A stretch of DNA of 64,000 bases. It comes from Alphaproteobacteria bacterium (lineage in GTDB: Bacteria; Pseudomonadota; Alphaproteobacteria; RF32; CAG-239). The notes under the pieces were generated by a model. It was given only the letters and a program-made list of their open reading frames with translations, had not been told where the DNA came from and searched no databases. The DNA is taken from contig SUUJ01000002.1 in assembly GCA_015062585.1 (NCBI GenBank), forward strand, positions 81,263 to 145,262, read 5' to 3'. Positions 49,090 through 59,385 of the stretch are shown here, piece by piece (position 1 is the stretch's first letter; every line of letters begins with the position of its first letter). Both the position numbers and the translations under genes were made by a program.

Positions 49090-49223
49090 TTAAATCTTAG
49101 AACAAGGTCTTTAATAATATAGCTTTGTCGTAAATGCAAGTGTTTTTTTCAAACATTAGCGAATATTTAATATTATTATCTTATAGTTTATTATCACTGT
49201 ATCGGACTCTTTAGGAGCAATTT

Positions 49224-50108
49224 ATGAGCGAAAAAATACTGGATTTTGAAGTTGATTACAGCAAATTAAAAATATTTGACGAGTTTAATACCAAAGATAT
49301 TAAATTTCCTGTTGTTTTGTCTTCGCCTCATGCCGGCAATATGTTCCCTAAGGAATTTTTGCAAAATTCCGCACTAAGTGAACAAGAGCTGAAAATATCT
49401 GAAGATTGCTTTGTTACCGATTTAATTAAAAAAGCTTCAGATGAAGGGATTCCCCTCATAAGTCTAAATATTCCGCGCACTTTTGTTGATGTAAACCGAG
49501 ATAAAATAGAACTTGATGAGACAATGTTTTACAATGCTCCCAAAACTCAGGATATAAATTCTCGCCGTTGCCGCGTCGGTTTGGGTGTTTTGCATAGAAT
49601 AGTCTATCAAAACAAAGAAATATATGACGGTTTGCTTAATTATAACGAGGCTCAGGAGCGGATTCGCAATGTTTATGAGCCATATCACAAGCGTCTAAAA
49701 CAGTTGATTGACAAATGTGTCCGCAAATTCGGGTTTTGCTTGGTGGTAGATTGCCATTCCATGCCGTCAATGATATGTAATGTAATGAATGAGAGCAAAC
49801 CGCTTGATTTTTGCGTGTGTAATCTGTTTGGCGAAAGTTGTCCGGATGAAATATCGGCAAAATTGTACCAAGCTGTGCAATCAGACGGATTCCGCGTAGA
49901 ATATAACCGTCCTTATGCCGGTGCCTATATAACTTTTAACTACTGTCAGCCTCGAAAAAAGATATATACAATCCAATTAGAGATAAATCGAGCTATTTAT
50001 ATGGATGAAAAAACTTATCAAAAAAACACGCAATTTCAAGATGTTGCCTCGCATATAAGTAATTCTTTGATAAGTTTGGCGCATTTTTTACTGGATTTTA
50101 AAAAATAA
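49224..50108 (+). CDS. N-formylglutamate amidohydrolase (FGase) family protein
   Basis: 294 aa. VLSSPHAGN... region typical of the FGase/HutG-like zinc amidohydrolases. Confidence 0.6.
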   Translation: MSEKILDFEVDYSKLKIFDEFNTKDIKFPVVLSSPHAGNMFPKEFLQNSALSEQELKISEDCFVTDLIKKASDEGIPLISLNIPRTFVDVNRDKIELDETMFYNAPKTQDINSRRCRVGLGVLHRIVYQNKEIYDGLLNYNEAQERIRNVYEPYHKRLKQLIDKCVRKFGFCLVVDCHSMPSMICNVMNESKPLDFCVCNLFGESCPDEISAKLYQAVQSDGFRVEYNRPYAGAYITFNYCQPRKKIYTIQLEINRAIYMDEKTYQKNTQFQDVASHISNSLISLAHFLLDFKK

Positions 50109-50319
50109 TCATGTTATAAGCCTCACTTGAATGTTAACGATTTGTTAATATTTTATATTACAGATCGTTTGTTTTTCTGACTCTTTTGCTCAGAAATTTT
50201 GGCTAACTAAACCTTAAGTTTTATATTTTTTACAAATATTTTTTTACCGTTAAGCAAGTTTGAAATTGGCATATTTGTTGCATAAGGGATACTTGTGGTA
50301 AACTTGAGGGAACAGAGGG

Positions 50320-51057
50320 ATGCGACTTTTCGTATCAAATTTTTTGATGTTTTTGTTGCTATTGTTGATGCTAATTCAACCGGTGGAAGCTTCCGAGTAC
50401 GAAAAATATGCCGATACAGTGGAAGTTTGTGAGGTTGCAGCTCAACATTATGAAAAAGAATACCAAATAAAAAAACACCTTCTGACAACAATAACAAATG
50501 TTGAATCTGGTCGCTGGAATCAAGCAAAACAGCGCAATACTGCGTGGCCTTGGACAGTAAATGCACAAGGTAAGGGGCATTTTTACGCTACAAAACAGCA
50601 AGCTATTGAAGCTGTGAAAAAACTACAAGCCAGAGGTATAAGAAGTATAGATGTCGGATGTATGCAAATAAACTTAGCATACCACCCCGATGCTTTTGAA
50701 AATTTGGAAGAAGCTTTTAACCCGCACAAAAATGTGGAATACGGAGCTAAGTTTTTAACAAGATTATATGAACAAAAAGGAAATTGGAACAAGGCTGCAA
50801 CAGCTTATCATTCTAATACTCCTGTAAAAGCAAAGAAATATGCAAAGAAACTTTCTCGCGTATACAAAGACATTGTGCAAGCAAGCTTAGATATAAAACC
50901 TGTTAACAAAGTAGTACGCAATACAAAAAAACTTGAAAAAGTTAATGGCTTTGCTAAAAATAATAAAATGATAAATGCCGGTGCCGTAAAAACCGCTAAT
51001 GCTTGGCGTGAGGCAAAATTGGCTGAATATTATATGAAAAAAGCAAAGCAACTATAA
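50320..51057 (+). CDS. Lytic transglycosylase (SLT domain) with signal peptide
   Basis: Signal peptide, then TNVESGRWN...QINLAYH, the SLT family-1 catalytic Glu-Ser motif and Y-rich region. Confidence 0.75.
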   Translation: MRLFVSNFLMFLLLLLMLIQPVEASEYEKYADTVEVCEVAAQHYEKEYQIKKHLLTTITNVESGRWNQAKQRNTAWPWTVNAQGKGHFYATKQQAIEAVKKLQARGIRSIDVGCMQINLAYHPDAFENLEEAFNPHKNVEYGAKFLTRLYEQKGNWNKAATAYHSNTPVKAKKYAKKLSRVYKDIVQASLDIKPVNKVVRNTKKLEKVNGFAKNNKMINAGAVKTANAWREAKLAEYYMKKAKQL

Positions 51058-51085
51058 ATAACGGGTTTTGATTGAGTAAATTTTA

Positions 51086-51123
51086 AACACAAGGCCTACG
51101 ATTAAGTAAGCCTTGTGTTTTGT
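51086..51123 (+). terminator. Rho-independent terminator after the transglycosylase gene
   Basis: AACACAAGGCCTACGATTAAGTAAGCCTTGTGTTTTG. Confidence 0.7.
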
Positions 51124-51171
51124 ATAAAAGGGCGCAAAACTTTTAAATAATTTTTTTCAAAGGATTGTAAG

Positions 51172-51906
51172 ATGAAGCTAGAGAAATATTCCAAAAATTA
51201 TACCGTTCGTTCCTATGAATGTGATTGTAATAACAGTTTGCGTATCCTTACACTAATGAATATTTTGCAAGATATTGCTGATGAAAATGCGGCTCTTTTG
51301 GGTTTTGGTCTTGAGTTTTGTATTAAAAACGGTCTTACTTGGGTAGGAACTAACTATGTGTTAGAAATTGATCGCCTTCCGCAGATTCACGAGAATATTA
51401 AGATTGTAACCTGGCCGTCGGCTCGCAACAAATTTTCTGCCTATCGTGATTTTGAAGTGTTTGGCGAGGATGGAAAATCTATTGTCAGAGCTACAAGCGA
51501 ATGGGCATTGATATCACTGGAAAGAAGAAGACCTGTTTCGGTTACAGATAATCTTCCGATAAAAGAAGTTGTGGAATCTCGCGCAATCACAACGCTCTTT
51601 CCCAAAATAGAAGAAGTACAGGAATTTGAAAATCAATATAAGTTTAGAGTTCGTTTTGATGATATCGACATCAACAAGCACATAAATAATGCTGTATATA
51701 TCTTATGGGCAAGTGAGGCTGTCGATTCCGAGTTCAGATTGGCTCACAATCCGGCCAAAATAAGTATAAATTTTAAAAAAGAAGGGTTTATCGGTGAAAA
51801 AGTTATGGTAATAACCGAACAAAATGCCCAAAACACACTTCACAGCATTAGAACCTATGGTGATAACGAGCGTGAATTGGCCCGCGTTTCAATAGAATGG
51901 AAATAG
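51172..51906 (+). CDS. Acyl-ACP thioesterase family protein (tandem hotdog)
   Basis: 244 aa with the N-terminal pattern of FatA/B-like acyl-ACP thioesterases (YTVRSYECDCNNSLRILTLMNILQD). Confidence 0.65.
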   Translation: MKLEKYSKNYTVRSYECDCNNSLRILTLMNILQDIADENAALLGFGLEFCIKNGLTWVGTNYVLEIDRLPQIHENIKIVTWPSARNKFSAYRDFEVFGEDGKSIVRATSEWALISLERRRPVSVTDNLPIKEVVESRAITTLFPKIEEVQEFENQYKFRVRFDDIDINKHINNAVYILWASEAVDSEFRLAHNPAKISINFKKEGFIGEKVMVITEQNAQNTLHSIRTYGDNERELARVSIEWK

Positions 51907-52637
51907 AGCATATGCAAGATGTAGAAAAAGATTATTTGCTGGATAAAAAAGTTGTAATTTATCACCCAAAAGGTTTGTATAAAGCCTCTTCGGATGCTGT
52001 TTGGCTTTCATCATCAGTGGCAAAGGTCAAAAAAGGTGATAATATTTTGGATGTTGGTTCCGGCGGTGGTGCTGTTTCATTGTGTCTTGCCTCCAGGTTT
52101 AAAGAAAGTCAAATTACCATAACCGGAGTCGAATTACAGCAAGAGCTGGCTAAAAGTTCTAACGACAGCGCCAAAGCTAACGGGTTTGACTTTGTTCATT
52201 TTGAAAACTGCAATATTTTTGAAGCAAAATTAAAACCTTGCTCATTTGCTCATGTTGTAACCAATCCGCCGTATTCGTCTTCGGATATGCCGTCGCCCAA
52301 CGATTCCAAAGCAACAGCACATAATTTTAAATTTGAGGATTTGAAAAAGTGGCTTGATTTTTGTATCAAGATGTTAAAACCTCAAGGAATGTTCTATATT
52401 ATAAATCGTGCCGAAGCCTTAGAAGACATAATATCGCACATCAGCGGTAAACTTGGAGCCATCGAAGTTTTTCCTCTTTATTCCAAACAAGGACAAAAGG
52501 CCAAAAGAGTAATAATCAGAGCCAAAAAAGATTCAAAAACTCCTTTGGTTATACATTCTCCGATAATTGTTCATAACAAGACGGGTGATTATTCTGACAA
52601 GGCCGAGCAAATATTACGCTCAGGTCAAGCAATTTAA
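51897..52637 (+). CDS. SAM-dependent N6-adenine methyltransferase (TrmN6/YfiC-like small MTase)
   Basis: VGSGGGAVSL motif I and VVTNPPY motif IV. Overlaps the thioesterase stop by 10 nt. Confidence 0.65.
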   Translation: MEIEHMQDVEKDYLLDKKVVIYHPKGLYKASSDAVWLSSSVAKVKKGDNILDVGSGGGAVSLCLASRFKESQITITGVELQQELAKSSNDSAKANGFDFVHFENCNIFEAKLKPCSFAHVVTNPPYSSSDMPSPNDSKATAHNFKFEDLKKWLDFCIKMLKPQGMFYIINRAEALEDIISHISGKLGAIEVFPLYSKQGQKAKRVIIRAKKDSKTPLVIHSPIIVHNKTGDYSDKAEQILRSGQAI

Positions 52638-52741
52638 CATCTTGACATAAATTTGTTTTGCTTATATAAAACCACTGTCCGAGGACTCTGAACAATGGTG
52701 TTCAGAGCTTTAAATAACTAATAAATAACCGGAGAAATAAA

Positions 52742-52876
52742 ATGAAAAGAACATATCAACCTTCAAAATTGGTTAGAGCTCGTCGTCACGGATTCCGTGC
52801 TCGTATGGCAACAGCCGGCGGTCGCAAAGTTTTGTCTGCTCGTCGTGCTCACGGTCGTAAAAAACTTTCTGCATAA
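52742..52876 (+). CDS. rpmH: 50S ribosomal protein L34
   Basis: [44 protein letters not shown]. Not in the ORF track because it is under 60 aa. RBS GGAGAAAT. Confidence 0.9.
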   Translation: MKRTYQPSKLVRARRHGFRARMATAGGRKVLSARRAHGRKKLSA

Positions 52877-52885
52877 TTTTTATAA

Positions 52886-53278
52886 ATGAAAGTTTTTACC
52901 TTAAAAAAACGAAAAGATTTTCTAAAAGCCGCTAAAGGATATAAGGTTGTTACCAACGGCCTTGTCTTGCAAGCGGCTTTAAGTTTTCCTATACCTGAAG
53001 AAGAATGTTGTTTTGTCGGATATACCACATCAAAAAAAATCGGCAAAGCACATATAAGAAATTTTGTTCGTCGTCGCTTGCGCGCAATAGTGCAACAAGT
53101 TATGTCTGACAATGCTTTATCAGGTGTTGATTATGTTTTAATCGGTCGTCACAATACCGCCGAACTCAATTTTGAATATTTATGCAAAAAAGTGAAAAAC
53201 GCTATTGTCGAAATAAATCAGCAAATTTTAGAAAAAGAGAAAAAATATGCTAAAAAAACTGATGATATTGCTGATTAA
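52886..53278 (+). CDS. rnpA: RNase P protein component
   Basis: 130-aa basic protein, [10 protein letters not shown]... rpmH-rnpA synteny. Confidence 0.85.
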   Translation: MKVFTLKKRKDFLKAAKGYKVVTNGLVLQAALSFPIPEEECCFVGYTTSKKIGKAHIRNFVRRRLRAIVQQVMSDNALSGVDYVLIGRHNTAELNFEYLCKKVKNAIVEINQQILEKEKKYAKKTDDIAD

Positions 53279-53480
53279 ATTCTACCAAAAATGCTTGTCT
53301 CCGCTAATGCCCAATGTTTGCCGCTATACTCCCAGTTGTTCGCAATATTTTATCGAGGCTCTTCAAATTCATGGAGTGATAAAAGGCAGCTTCTTAGGTG
53401 TAAAACGCATATTAAGATGTCATCCGTGGAGCAATAGCGGTTATGACCCTGTTCCTCCCAAAAAACAAAATAACGAATAA
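53247..53480 (+). CDS. yidD: Membrane protein insertion efficiency factor YidD
   Basis: 77 aa, [31 protein letters not shown]. Conserved Cys pattern. Overlaps rnpA. Confidence 0.8.
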   Translation: MLKKLMILLIKFYQKCLSPLMPNVCRYTPSCSQYFIEALQIHGVIKGSFLGVKRILRCHPWSNSGYDPVPPKKQNNE

Positions 53481-53562
53481 CACAATATAATCCTTGCTTA
53501 TCCTATAATTTTATACTAAATAATAGTCATTATAGCTTTGTTTTAAGGAGTTTTGTATAAAA

Positions 53563-55242
53563 ATGAAAGAAGAAACTAAAGGTTTGTATTTGGCAATTTT
53601 GTTGTCTGCAATAGCTATTTTGGCAGTCAATTGGATTTGGCCGGCACAAGAAGTTGTGATGGAAGAAAAACCGGTCGCTGAAATAAAAGTTCAAGAAAGC
53701 ACAAAAAAAGCTGAGTTGGACAAAGAAGTTTATACTTCCGAAAATCGAAAGGTCATCAGTGTTGCCGACGCCTTAAAACAAGACAAAAGAATATCCTTAA
53801 AAAATAACAAAATAAGCGGAAGTATCAGAACAAAGGGTGCTCGTTTTGATAATATATATCTTCGTAAATACAAAAATACACTGGAAGAAAACAGTACAGA
53901 TGTAGAATTATTACAACCGGCAGAAACTTTGACTCCTTATTATGCCGAATTTGGTTGGTTGTCTACTGACAAGTCTGTTAAACTTCCCAAATCAGATACA
54001 ATATGGCGTGTTATTGGCAAAGAACTTACCCCTGAAACTCCGATAACAATGGAATGGAATAACGGAGTAGGATTAAAATTTATTCGTCGCATTTCGCTTG
54101 ATGAAAATTATATGTTCAGTATTGAGCAAATCGTTGAAAACAATTCGGGAAAAGATATCAAATTATATCCCTACGGAATGGTAAACCGTGTATATAATGC
54201 CGAAAGCAATACCGCGGTTGTCCATGAGGGAATGTTAGGTGTTGTTGACGGCAAACTCAGAGAGTTTAAACCCAAAGATTTAGATGAGGGCGAAAAAGAA
54301 GAATTTACATCACAAGGCGGATGGGCCGGTTTTGGAGAAAGATATTGGTTTGCAGCCTTTACCCTAAACAACTCGCAAGAGAGCAATGTTCGTTTTACCA
54401 AAACAGCAAAAGACACTTATCAGAGCGACTTTGTAGGCTCTGCCGTAGAAATAGCCAATGGTTCTGTTGCTACAAACAAAACTCAATTTTTTGCCGGAGC
54501 CAAAGAAATAGCGTTGCTTGATGCGTACGCTAAAACAAACGACATTCAAAAGTTTGATTTGGCAGTTGATTTCGGTTGGTACTACTTTTTAACCAAACCG
54601 TTTTTCTATATTTTGGACTTTTTATACAAGATGATAGGAAATATGGGTTGGGCTATACTTGTTTTTGCTGCATTGCTTCGTTTAGTAATGTTTCCTATTG
54701 CCAACAAGTCATACGAAAATATGTCTAAGATGAAAAAGGTTCAACCGAAGATACAAGCCATTCAAGAAACTCACAAGGATGATAAAGTTCGTTTGCAACA
54801 AGAAATGATGGCTTTGTATAAGAAAGAAAAAATCAATCCGGCATCAGGTTGTTTACCCATGTTTATTCAAATACCGGTATTTTTCTCATTGTATAAGGTG
54901 CTAAACATAGCTATCGAAATTCGTCATGCCGAATTTATCGGTTGGATAAAAGACTTGTCATCACCTGATCCGATGACCTTGTCATATATGACCGGTTGGC
55001 CGATACCAAGCTTTTTTGATTTGGGCGTATGGCCTATACTTATGGGCTTGACTATGTTTTTGCAACAAAAATTATCACCCAAACCGGCCAATAAAGACCA
55101 AGCCAGAATGTTTGCGCTCATGCCCATATTCTTTACCTTTATGCTTGGCCATTTTGCCTCAGGATTGGTTATTTATTGGACCTTGAGCAATGTATTATCC
55201 ATAATTCAACAAAAGGCTATTATGAAAAAGGTCGGAGCATAA
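53563..55242 (+). CDS. yidC: Membrane protein insertase YidC
   Basis: 559 aa. N-terminal TM, large periplasmic domain, and a C-terminal five-TM core. Confidence 0.93.
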   Translation: MKEETKGLYLAILLSAIAILAVNWIWPAQEVVMEEKPVAEIKVQESTKKAELDKEVYTSENRKVISVADALKQDKRISLKNNKISGSIRTKGARFDNIYLRKYKNTLEENSTDVELLQPAETLTPYYAEFGWLSTDKSVKLPKSDTIWRVIGKELTPETPITMEWNNGVGLKFIRRISLDENYMFSIEQIVENNSGKDIKLYPYGMVNRVYNAESNTAVVHEGMLGVVDGKLREFKPKDLDEGEKEEFTSQGGWAGFGERYWFAAFTLNNSQESNVRFTKTAKDTYQSDFVGSAVEIANGSVATNKTQFFAGAKEIALLDAYAKTNDIQKFDLAVDFGWYYFLTKPFFYILDFLYKMIGNMGWAILVFAALLRLVMFPIANKSYENMSKMKKVQPKIQAIQETHKDDKVRLQQEMMALYKKEKINPASGCLPMFIQIPVFFSLYKVLNIAIEIRHAEFIGWIKDLSSPDPMTLSYMTGWPIPSFFDLGVWPILMGLTMFLQQKLSPKPANKDQARMFALMPIFFTFMLGHFASGLVIYWTLSNVLSIIQQKAIMKKVGA

Positions 55243-55247
55243 AACTT

Positions 55248-55892
55248 ATGGAATTTGAGGACAAAGGTTATAGCTCAGAGCAACTTGAAGCGGCAAATAA
55301 CTTGTTTACCAAAAACAAGACAACATTTGTTTTAGGTGTGGCAAAGTTAGAGCAACTTCCTATAACCGAAATGCCGGAAATAGCTTTTGCCGGCCGTTCA
55401 AATGTCGGAAAATCGAGTATTATAAATGCTCTTACCTCACAAAAAGGGCTGGCCAAAACCTCTAATACACCGGGACGCACCCAACAGCTCAATTTTTTCA
55501 ATTTAGCTGACAAAATTCATATTGTCGACTTGCCCGGTTATGGTTTTGCCAAGGCTCCCGAAGCTCAGGTAAAACAATGGCAAAAGGTTATCTTTGCTTA
55601 TTTACAGGGTAGAGTAAATTTAAAAAGAGTTTTTGTTTTAATCGATTCTCGTCACGGTATTAAAAAAGTCGATTTAGATATAATGGAATTACTTGATAAA
55701 GCAGCAGTAACCTATCAAATCGTATTAACCAAGCTGGACAAGATTGGTTCGGGCAATTTGGCTAAAGTAAAATCCGAAGCCGAAGCCGAGGTAAAAAAAC
55801 ACGCTGCCGCTTATACCAAAGTTTTGGCAACCAGTTCGGAAAAAAATATCGGAATAGATGAATTACGCGTCGAAATTGCCGGATTTATCTGA
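55248..55892 (+). CDS. engB: Ribosome biogenesis GTP-binding protein YihA/EngB
   Basis: Start at MEFEDKG. G1 GRSNVGKSS and G3 DLPGYG. Position after yidC is typical for alphaproteobacteria. Confidence 0.88.
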   Translation: MEFEDKGYSSEQLEAANNLFTKNKTTFVLGVAKLEQLPITEMPEIAFAGRSNVGKSSIINALTSQKGLAKTSNTPGRTQQLNFFNLADKIHIVDLPGYGFAKAPEAQVKQWQKVIFAYLQGRVNLKRVFVLIDSRHGIKKVDLDIMELLDKAAVTYQIVLTKLDKIGSGNLAKVKSEAEAEVKKHAAAYTKVLATSSEKNIGIDELRVEIAGFI

Positions 55893-55900
55893 GAATAAGT

Positions 55901-57628
55901 CTATTTTTGCTCATCTATAACAAATTCCTTGATACATAAAGTAAATACTCTGTTTACATTATTACTTGGGCTACTAACCTTTATCGAAATTTTATTTTTT
56001 CCGTGTAGTGCGGATAAAGGAATGTTATAAGTGGCGACTTCATTTTGTATAGGAGACGGACCTGTTGTAGCATTTTCATACACAACAACATCATTTACAA
56101 AAATCTTAAAAGGATCATTTACTTTCATATAGTTCATTTCAAGGTAGAGATTATTTTTTGGCTGTTTATCCAAGGTCATCGAAATGAATGTTGCGCCGTT
56201 ACACCATGGACTTTTTTCTCCAAAATCCACATAAGCTCCAAGAGTTTTATTATCAAGCTTTTGCCCGATTTTATAATTTTTATATGAAGCTTTTATATTA
56301 TCAAATTTTTTAAATTCATTATATAATTTATTATTCGCGCCTACCAACAAATTAAAGTCATTACCTTTTTGTTCCAACAAAGTTTTATTTTCTCTAAACA
56401 GAGAGCGTCCAATTCCAAATTTGGCAATATCATATCCCATTGCTTCCAAGATAGTTGGAGCAAAGTCATAGGTCGTAAATTTTCTTTGTTTGTTATGAGT
56501 TTTTGCAACTGTGTTAATGAAAATATTAAGAGTTTCTTCTGCCGAGAACAAATCATTTGATATTTGATGATCACCCAAAAGCAATATAGTAGTGCGTTCT
56601 CCGAAGGGCTGTTTTTTTACCCAATCAACAAATTTTTTGGCAGACATTCCGGTACAAGCAGCAGCATCTCGAATATCATCAAATTTTTTTTCACAGTTCG
56701 GGTCATAATAAGCATTTGGCGTGCTATGCATATCCAGAGTTGTCAAAGCCACAAAAAATGGCTCTTTCAAATTCAAGATTTCGTCTTTTGCCACTTCAAA
56801 CAAAACCCTGTCTTTTAGGCCTCCGAACTCATTTCCTTTATAATCTTCACTAATTTTTTTAGCCCCATCTTCAAACTCAAAAAGACCTTTAGCTACATCA
56901 AAACCTCGTTGCTCAGCAAAATAATTTGCTCGTGAAAACTTTATATCGGCAGCTTTTAAGTATGCAGTAGAATAGCCGTTTTCTTTTAACAAATCAGGAA
57001 TACACTTAATGCTTGGCAAAAAGTTCATATAATCATCACCCGAGGTTTTGCCGTTTTGTAACAAAGGAAGTCCGCAGAGTGAAGCAAATTGAGCGTGAAT
57101 AGTCGAAAAAGTTTCATTTGTTTGTTTAAATCCGTCAAAAGAAATATTTTCCCCTCTGAGTTGAGCCAAAGTCGGAGATACATTATCTTCGGCAAACCGT
57201 TTTTCAAAACTTTCCAGATATACAATAATCAGATTATTTTTTACTTCTTTTTCAATTTTTGGCGCTACATAATTTTCTTCATAAAAAGTTGTTGTTGTAT
57301 TTTTGTATCTGTAATAAGCAATTATATCGAACTCAAAAATCGGCAATAAGAAGAACAGAATTGATAAAATAATTATATGTTTTGCTTTTAAAAAGCAGAC
57401 ACCCAAAAATGCAACAACAAGCAAAATAGAGGAATAAATTTTGATTTTTCTTACCGCCCAATCAAGATAAAAAACCTCATCAAATACGGACAAAAATTTA
57501 TCAATGGAAACAATACCGAAATTAAAATAAGTATAAGCAATCACGCCGGCAGTTATAACCGCGGCATAAAAAAGGACAAATAAAAACACATCTGCTAATA
57601 CCGATTTTATTTTCATGACTGCTTCCAA
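55901..57628 (-). CDS. LTA-synthase/sulfatase-family (phosphoglycerol- or phosphoethanolamine-transferase-like) membrane protein with extra C-terminal domain
   Basis: 575 aa. Five N-terminal TM helices, then a sulfatase-like domain (IIVYLESFE, LLLGDHQ), then a roughly 150-aa C-terminal extension. Start may be the Met at 57616. Confidence 0.65.
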   Translation of the reverse strand: MEAVMKIKSVLADVFLFVLFYAAVITAGVIAYTYFNFGIVSIDKFLSVFDEVFYLDWAVRKIKIYSSILLVVAFLGVCFLKAKHIIILSILFFLLPIFEFDIIAYYRYKNTTTTFYEENYVAPKIEKEVKNNLIIVYLESFEKRFAEDNVSPTLAQLRGENISFDGFKQTNETFSTIHAQFASLCGLPLLQNGKTSGDDYMNFLPSIKCIPDLLKENGYSTAYLKAADIKFSRANYFAEQRGFDVAKGLFEFEDGAKKISEDYKGNEFGGLKDRVLFEVAKDEILNLKEPFFVALTTLDMHSTPNAYYDPNCEKKFDDIRDAAACTGMSAKKFVDWVKKQPFGERTTILLLGDHQISNDLFSAEETLNIFINTVAKTHNKQRKFTTYDFAPTILEAMGYDIAKFGIGRSLFRENKTLLEQKGNDFNLLVGANNKLYNEFKKFDNIKASYKNYKIGQKLDNKTLGAYVDFGEKSPWCNGATFISMTLDKQPKNNLYLEMNYMKVNDPFKIFVNDVVVYENATTGPSPIQNEVATYNIPLSALHGKNKISIKVSSPSNNVNRVFTLCIKEFVIDEQK

Positions 57629-58467
57629 AATTCCTTCAAATTATCCAATATACTCAAAGCGTCTTTTCTACCCAATTCGTACATAGCCTTAACTTTGCCC
57701 AAGTCTTTTTCCATGCGTTTTACACCCAAATCGACCGATGGGCGAATAATCAGAGTGTTTGGCGAGTTTTTTGCCTCACTTTCAACAAACTCAAGCTGTT
57801 TGTTATACATATCTGCGCGATTCTCAATAGCCTGAGCAAACAAAGGAAACTTGCGATAAACCCATTTGGAAAAACTGTCAAATTTTGATTTTTTCTTTTT
57901 GTATCCTTCAGGGCGGGTAAGAACAACCACATTTTTTTCAAACCCCATTTTTTGTGAGGCTTCTAGAGGAATAGAGTCGCAAATTCCGCCATCAAGCAAT
58001 TTTTTGCCGTCAATTTCAACAATCTTTGAAAACACCGGCAATGAAGCAGACGCGCGCAAATAAGTAATACTTCGCCTTAATTCGGTGCAATGTATATATT
58101 CGGCTTTTCCTGTTTCGATATTTGAACATACGGCATAAAATTTAGTTTTAGCTTTTTCAAAAGTATCATGATCAAAAGGGTCCAAAATTTCGGGCAACTC
58201 ATAATAGCAAAATTTTGTATCGACGACATTTCCGGTCAAAAGCCAATTTCTAAGGCTCATAAACTTATAATTGTTGCTGTGTTTCATATAATATCTGATA
58301 GATCGTCCGATTTGTCCCGACACATAAGACGCGCCGTGTATTGCGCCGGCAGACACGCCGACCACCTGATCGGCAATCAAACCGTTTTCGAGCAAAACAT
58401 CCAAAACACCGGCGGTATAAATACCTCTTTTAGCCCCGCCTTCCAAAACCAAAGCCACACTCATCAA
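57613..58467 (-). CDS. Patatin-like phospholipase
   Basis: GGAKRG oxyanion motif, GVSAG nucleophile elbow, and DGG catalytic Asp. Confidence 0.85.
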   Translation of the reverse strand: MMSVALVLEGGAKRGIYTAGVLDVLLENGLIADQVVGVSAGAIHGASYVSGQIGRSIRYYMKHSNNYKFMSLRNWLLTGNVVDTKFCYYELPEILDPFDHDTFEKAKTKFYAVCSNIETGKAEYIHCTELRRSITYLRASASLPVFSKIVEIDGKKLLDGGICDSIPLEASQKMGFEKNVVVLTRPEGYKKKKSKFDSFSKWVYRKFPLFAQAIENRADMYNKQLEFVESEAKNSPNTLIIRPSVDLGVKRMEKDLGKVKAMYELGRKDALSILDNLKEFWKQS

Positions 58468-58626
58468 AAATTCCTTAAAACATCAATTAAAAACAAGTGC
58501 AATAATATTTTACTGATAACCGATAATACAGAAAAATAGTTAATATGTTCATAATTTGAAATATTAAAATTTTTCAAATAGCTCATATATAAGAAATTCA
58601 TACATTCAATCGAAAGGATAAAAACA

Positions 58627-59073
58627 ATGAAATATTTTGCATTTGTTATCGGACTTTTTTCAATCTGCACCATAGCATTGGCACAAGAAAACGATATGCT
58701 GCAAACCGAGTTGGAAGAAGAATATTATCAAAGGATGAATACATCGCCCGACAAGTCGCGAATCTACATTTTTTTCAATAATCAGCCCTGTCCTAATTGT
58801 CCGCAAGCCATTGAAATGATTGAAGAAGCCTACAATCAAAACTACCTCAACAACTACGAGCTTTTTTTAATAAACTATGCCGAAGATGCCAACTCCGGTT
58901 TTATCGAAGAATACAATTTAAGCAATCCGCTCGAGGTTGTAATGGTCGATGTCCAAAATGCGACTCCGACGGGTTTTCAAAAAATCGAAGGATTGCAAAA
59001 TATGACGGCTAATCCGAGTGCTTTTAACGAATTTTTCACCACTCAAGTAAACGGATATTTGCAAAATGACTGA
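58627..59073 (+). CDS. Secreted small protein with CxxC motif
   Basis: Signal peptide MKYFAFVIGLFSICTIALA, then NNQPCPNCPQ. Confidence 0.45.
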   Translation: MKYFAFVIGLFSICTIALAQENDMLQTELEEEYYQRMNTSPDKSRIYIFFNNQPCPNCPQAIEMIEEAYNQNYLNNYELFLINYAEDANSGFIEEYNLSNPLEVVMVDVQNATPTGFQKIEGLQNMTANPSAFNEFFTTQVNGYLQND

Positions 59074-59385
59074 TTTTTTTGTCATTTTAAAGGGTTAGAA
59101 GCACTTTTTTTTGTCAAAAACTCTTGTCATAGGGGGTAAAATATGATACTATATAAGATATGCAAAATACTATTTATCTCAATAATTTGGCCTATAATTA
59201 GAAAAAATCACGGGATTTCTTAACTTTTTAGACAATAGCGTTTGTCTTTGGTTGAAATCATACAACAGATTTTTTTTAGCCGAAATTCTATTCTAAGGTT
59301 TTGCAAATAAATACAGTTCTCTCCGCATATTAGCGTATGTGCGGTTCAATATATAGAAATATTAACTTAAAAAACAATAGAAATT

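Noticed and set aside
57613-58467. Patatin-like phospholipase as a CBASS CapV effector.
   Set aside because: No CD-NTase/cyclase or Cap2/Cap3 genes adjacent. The partner is a sulfatase-family membrane enzyme.
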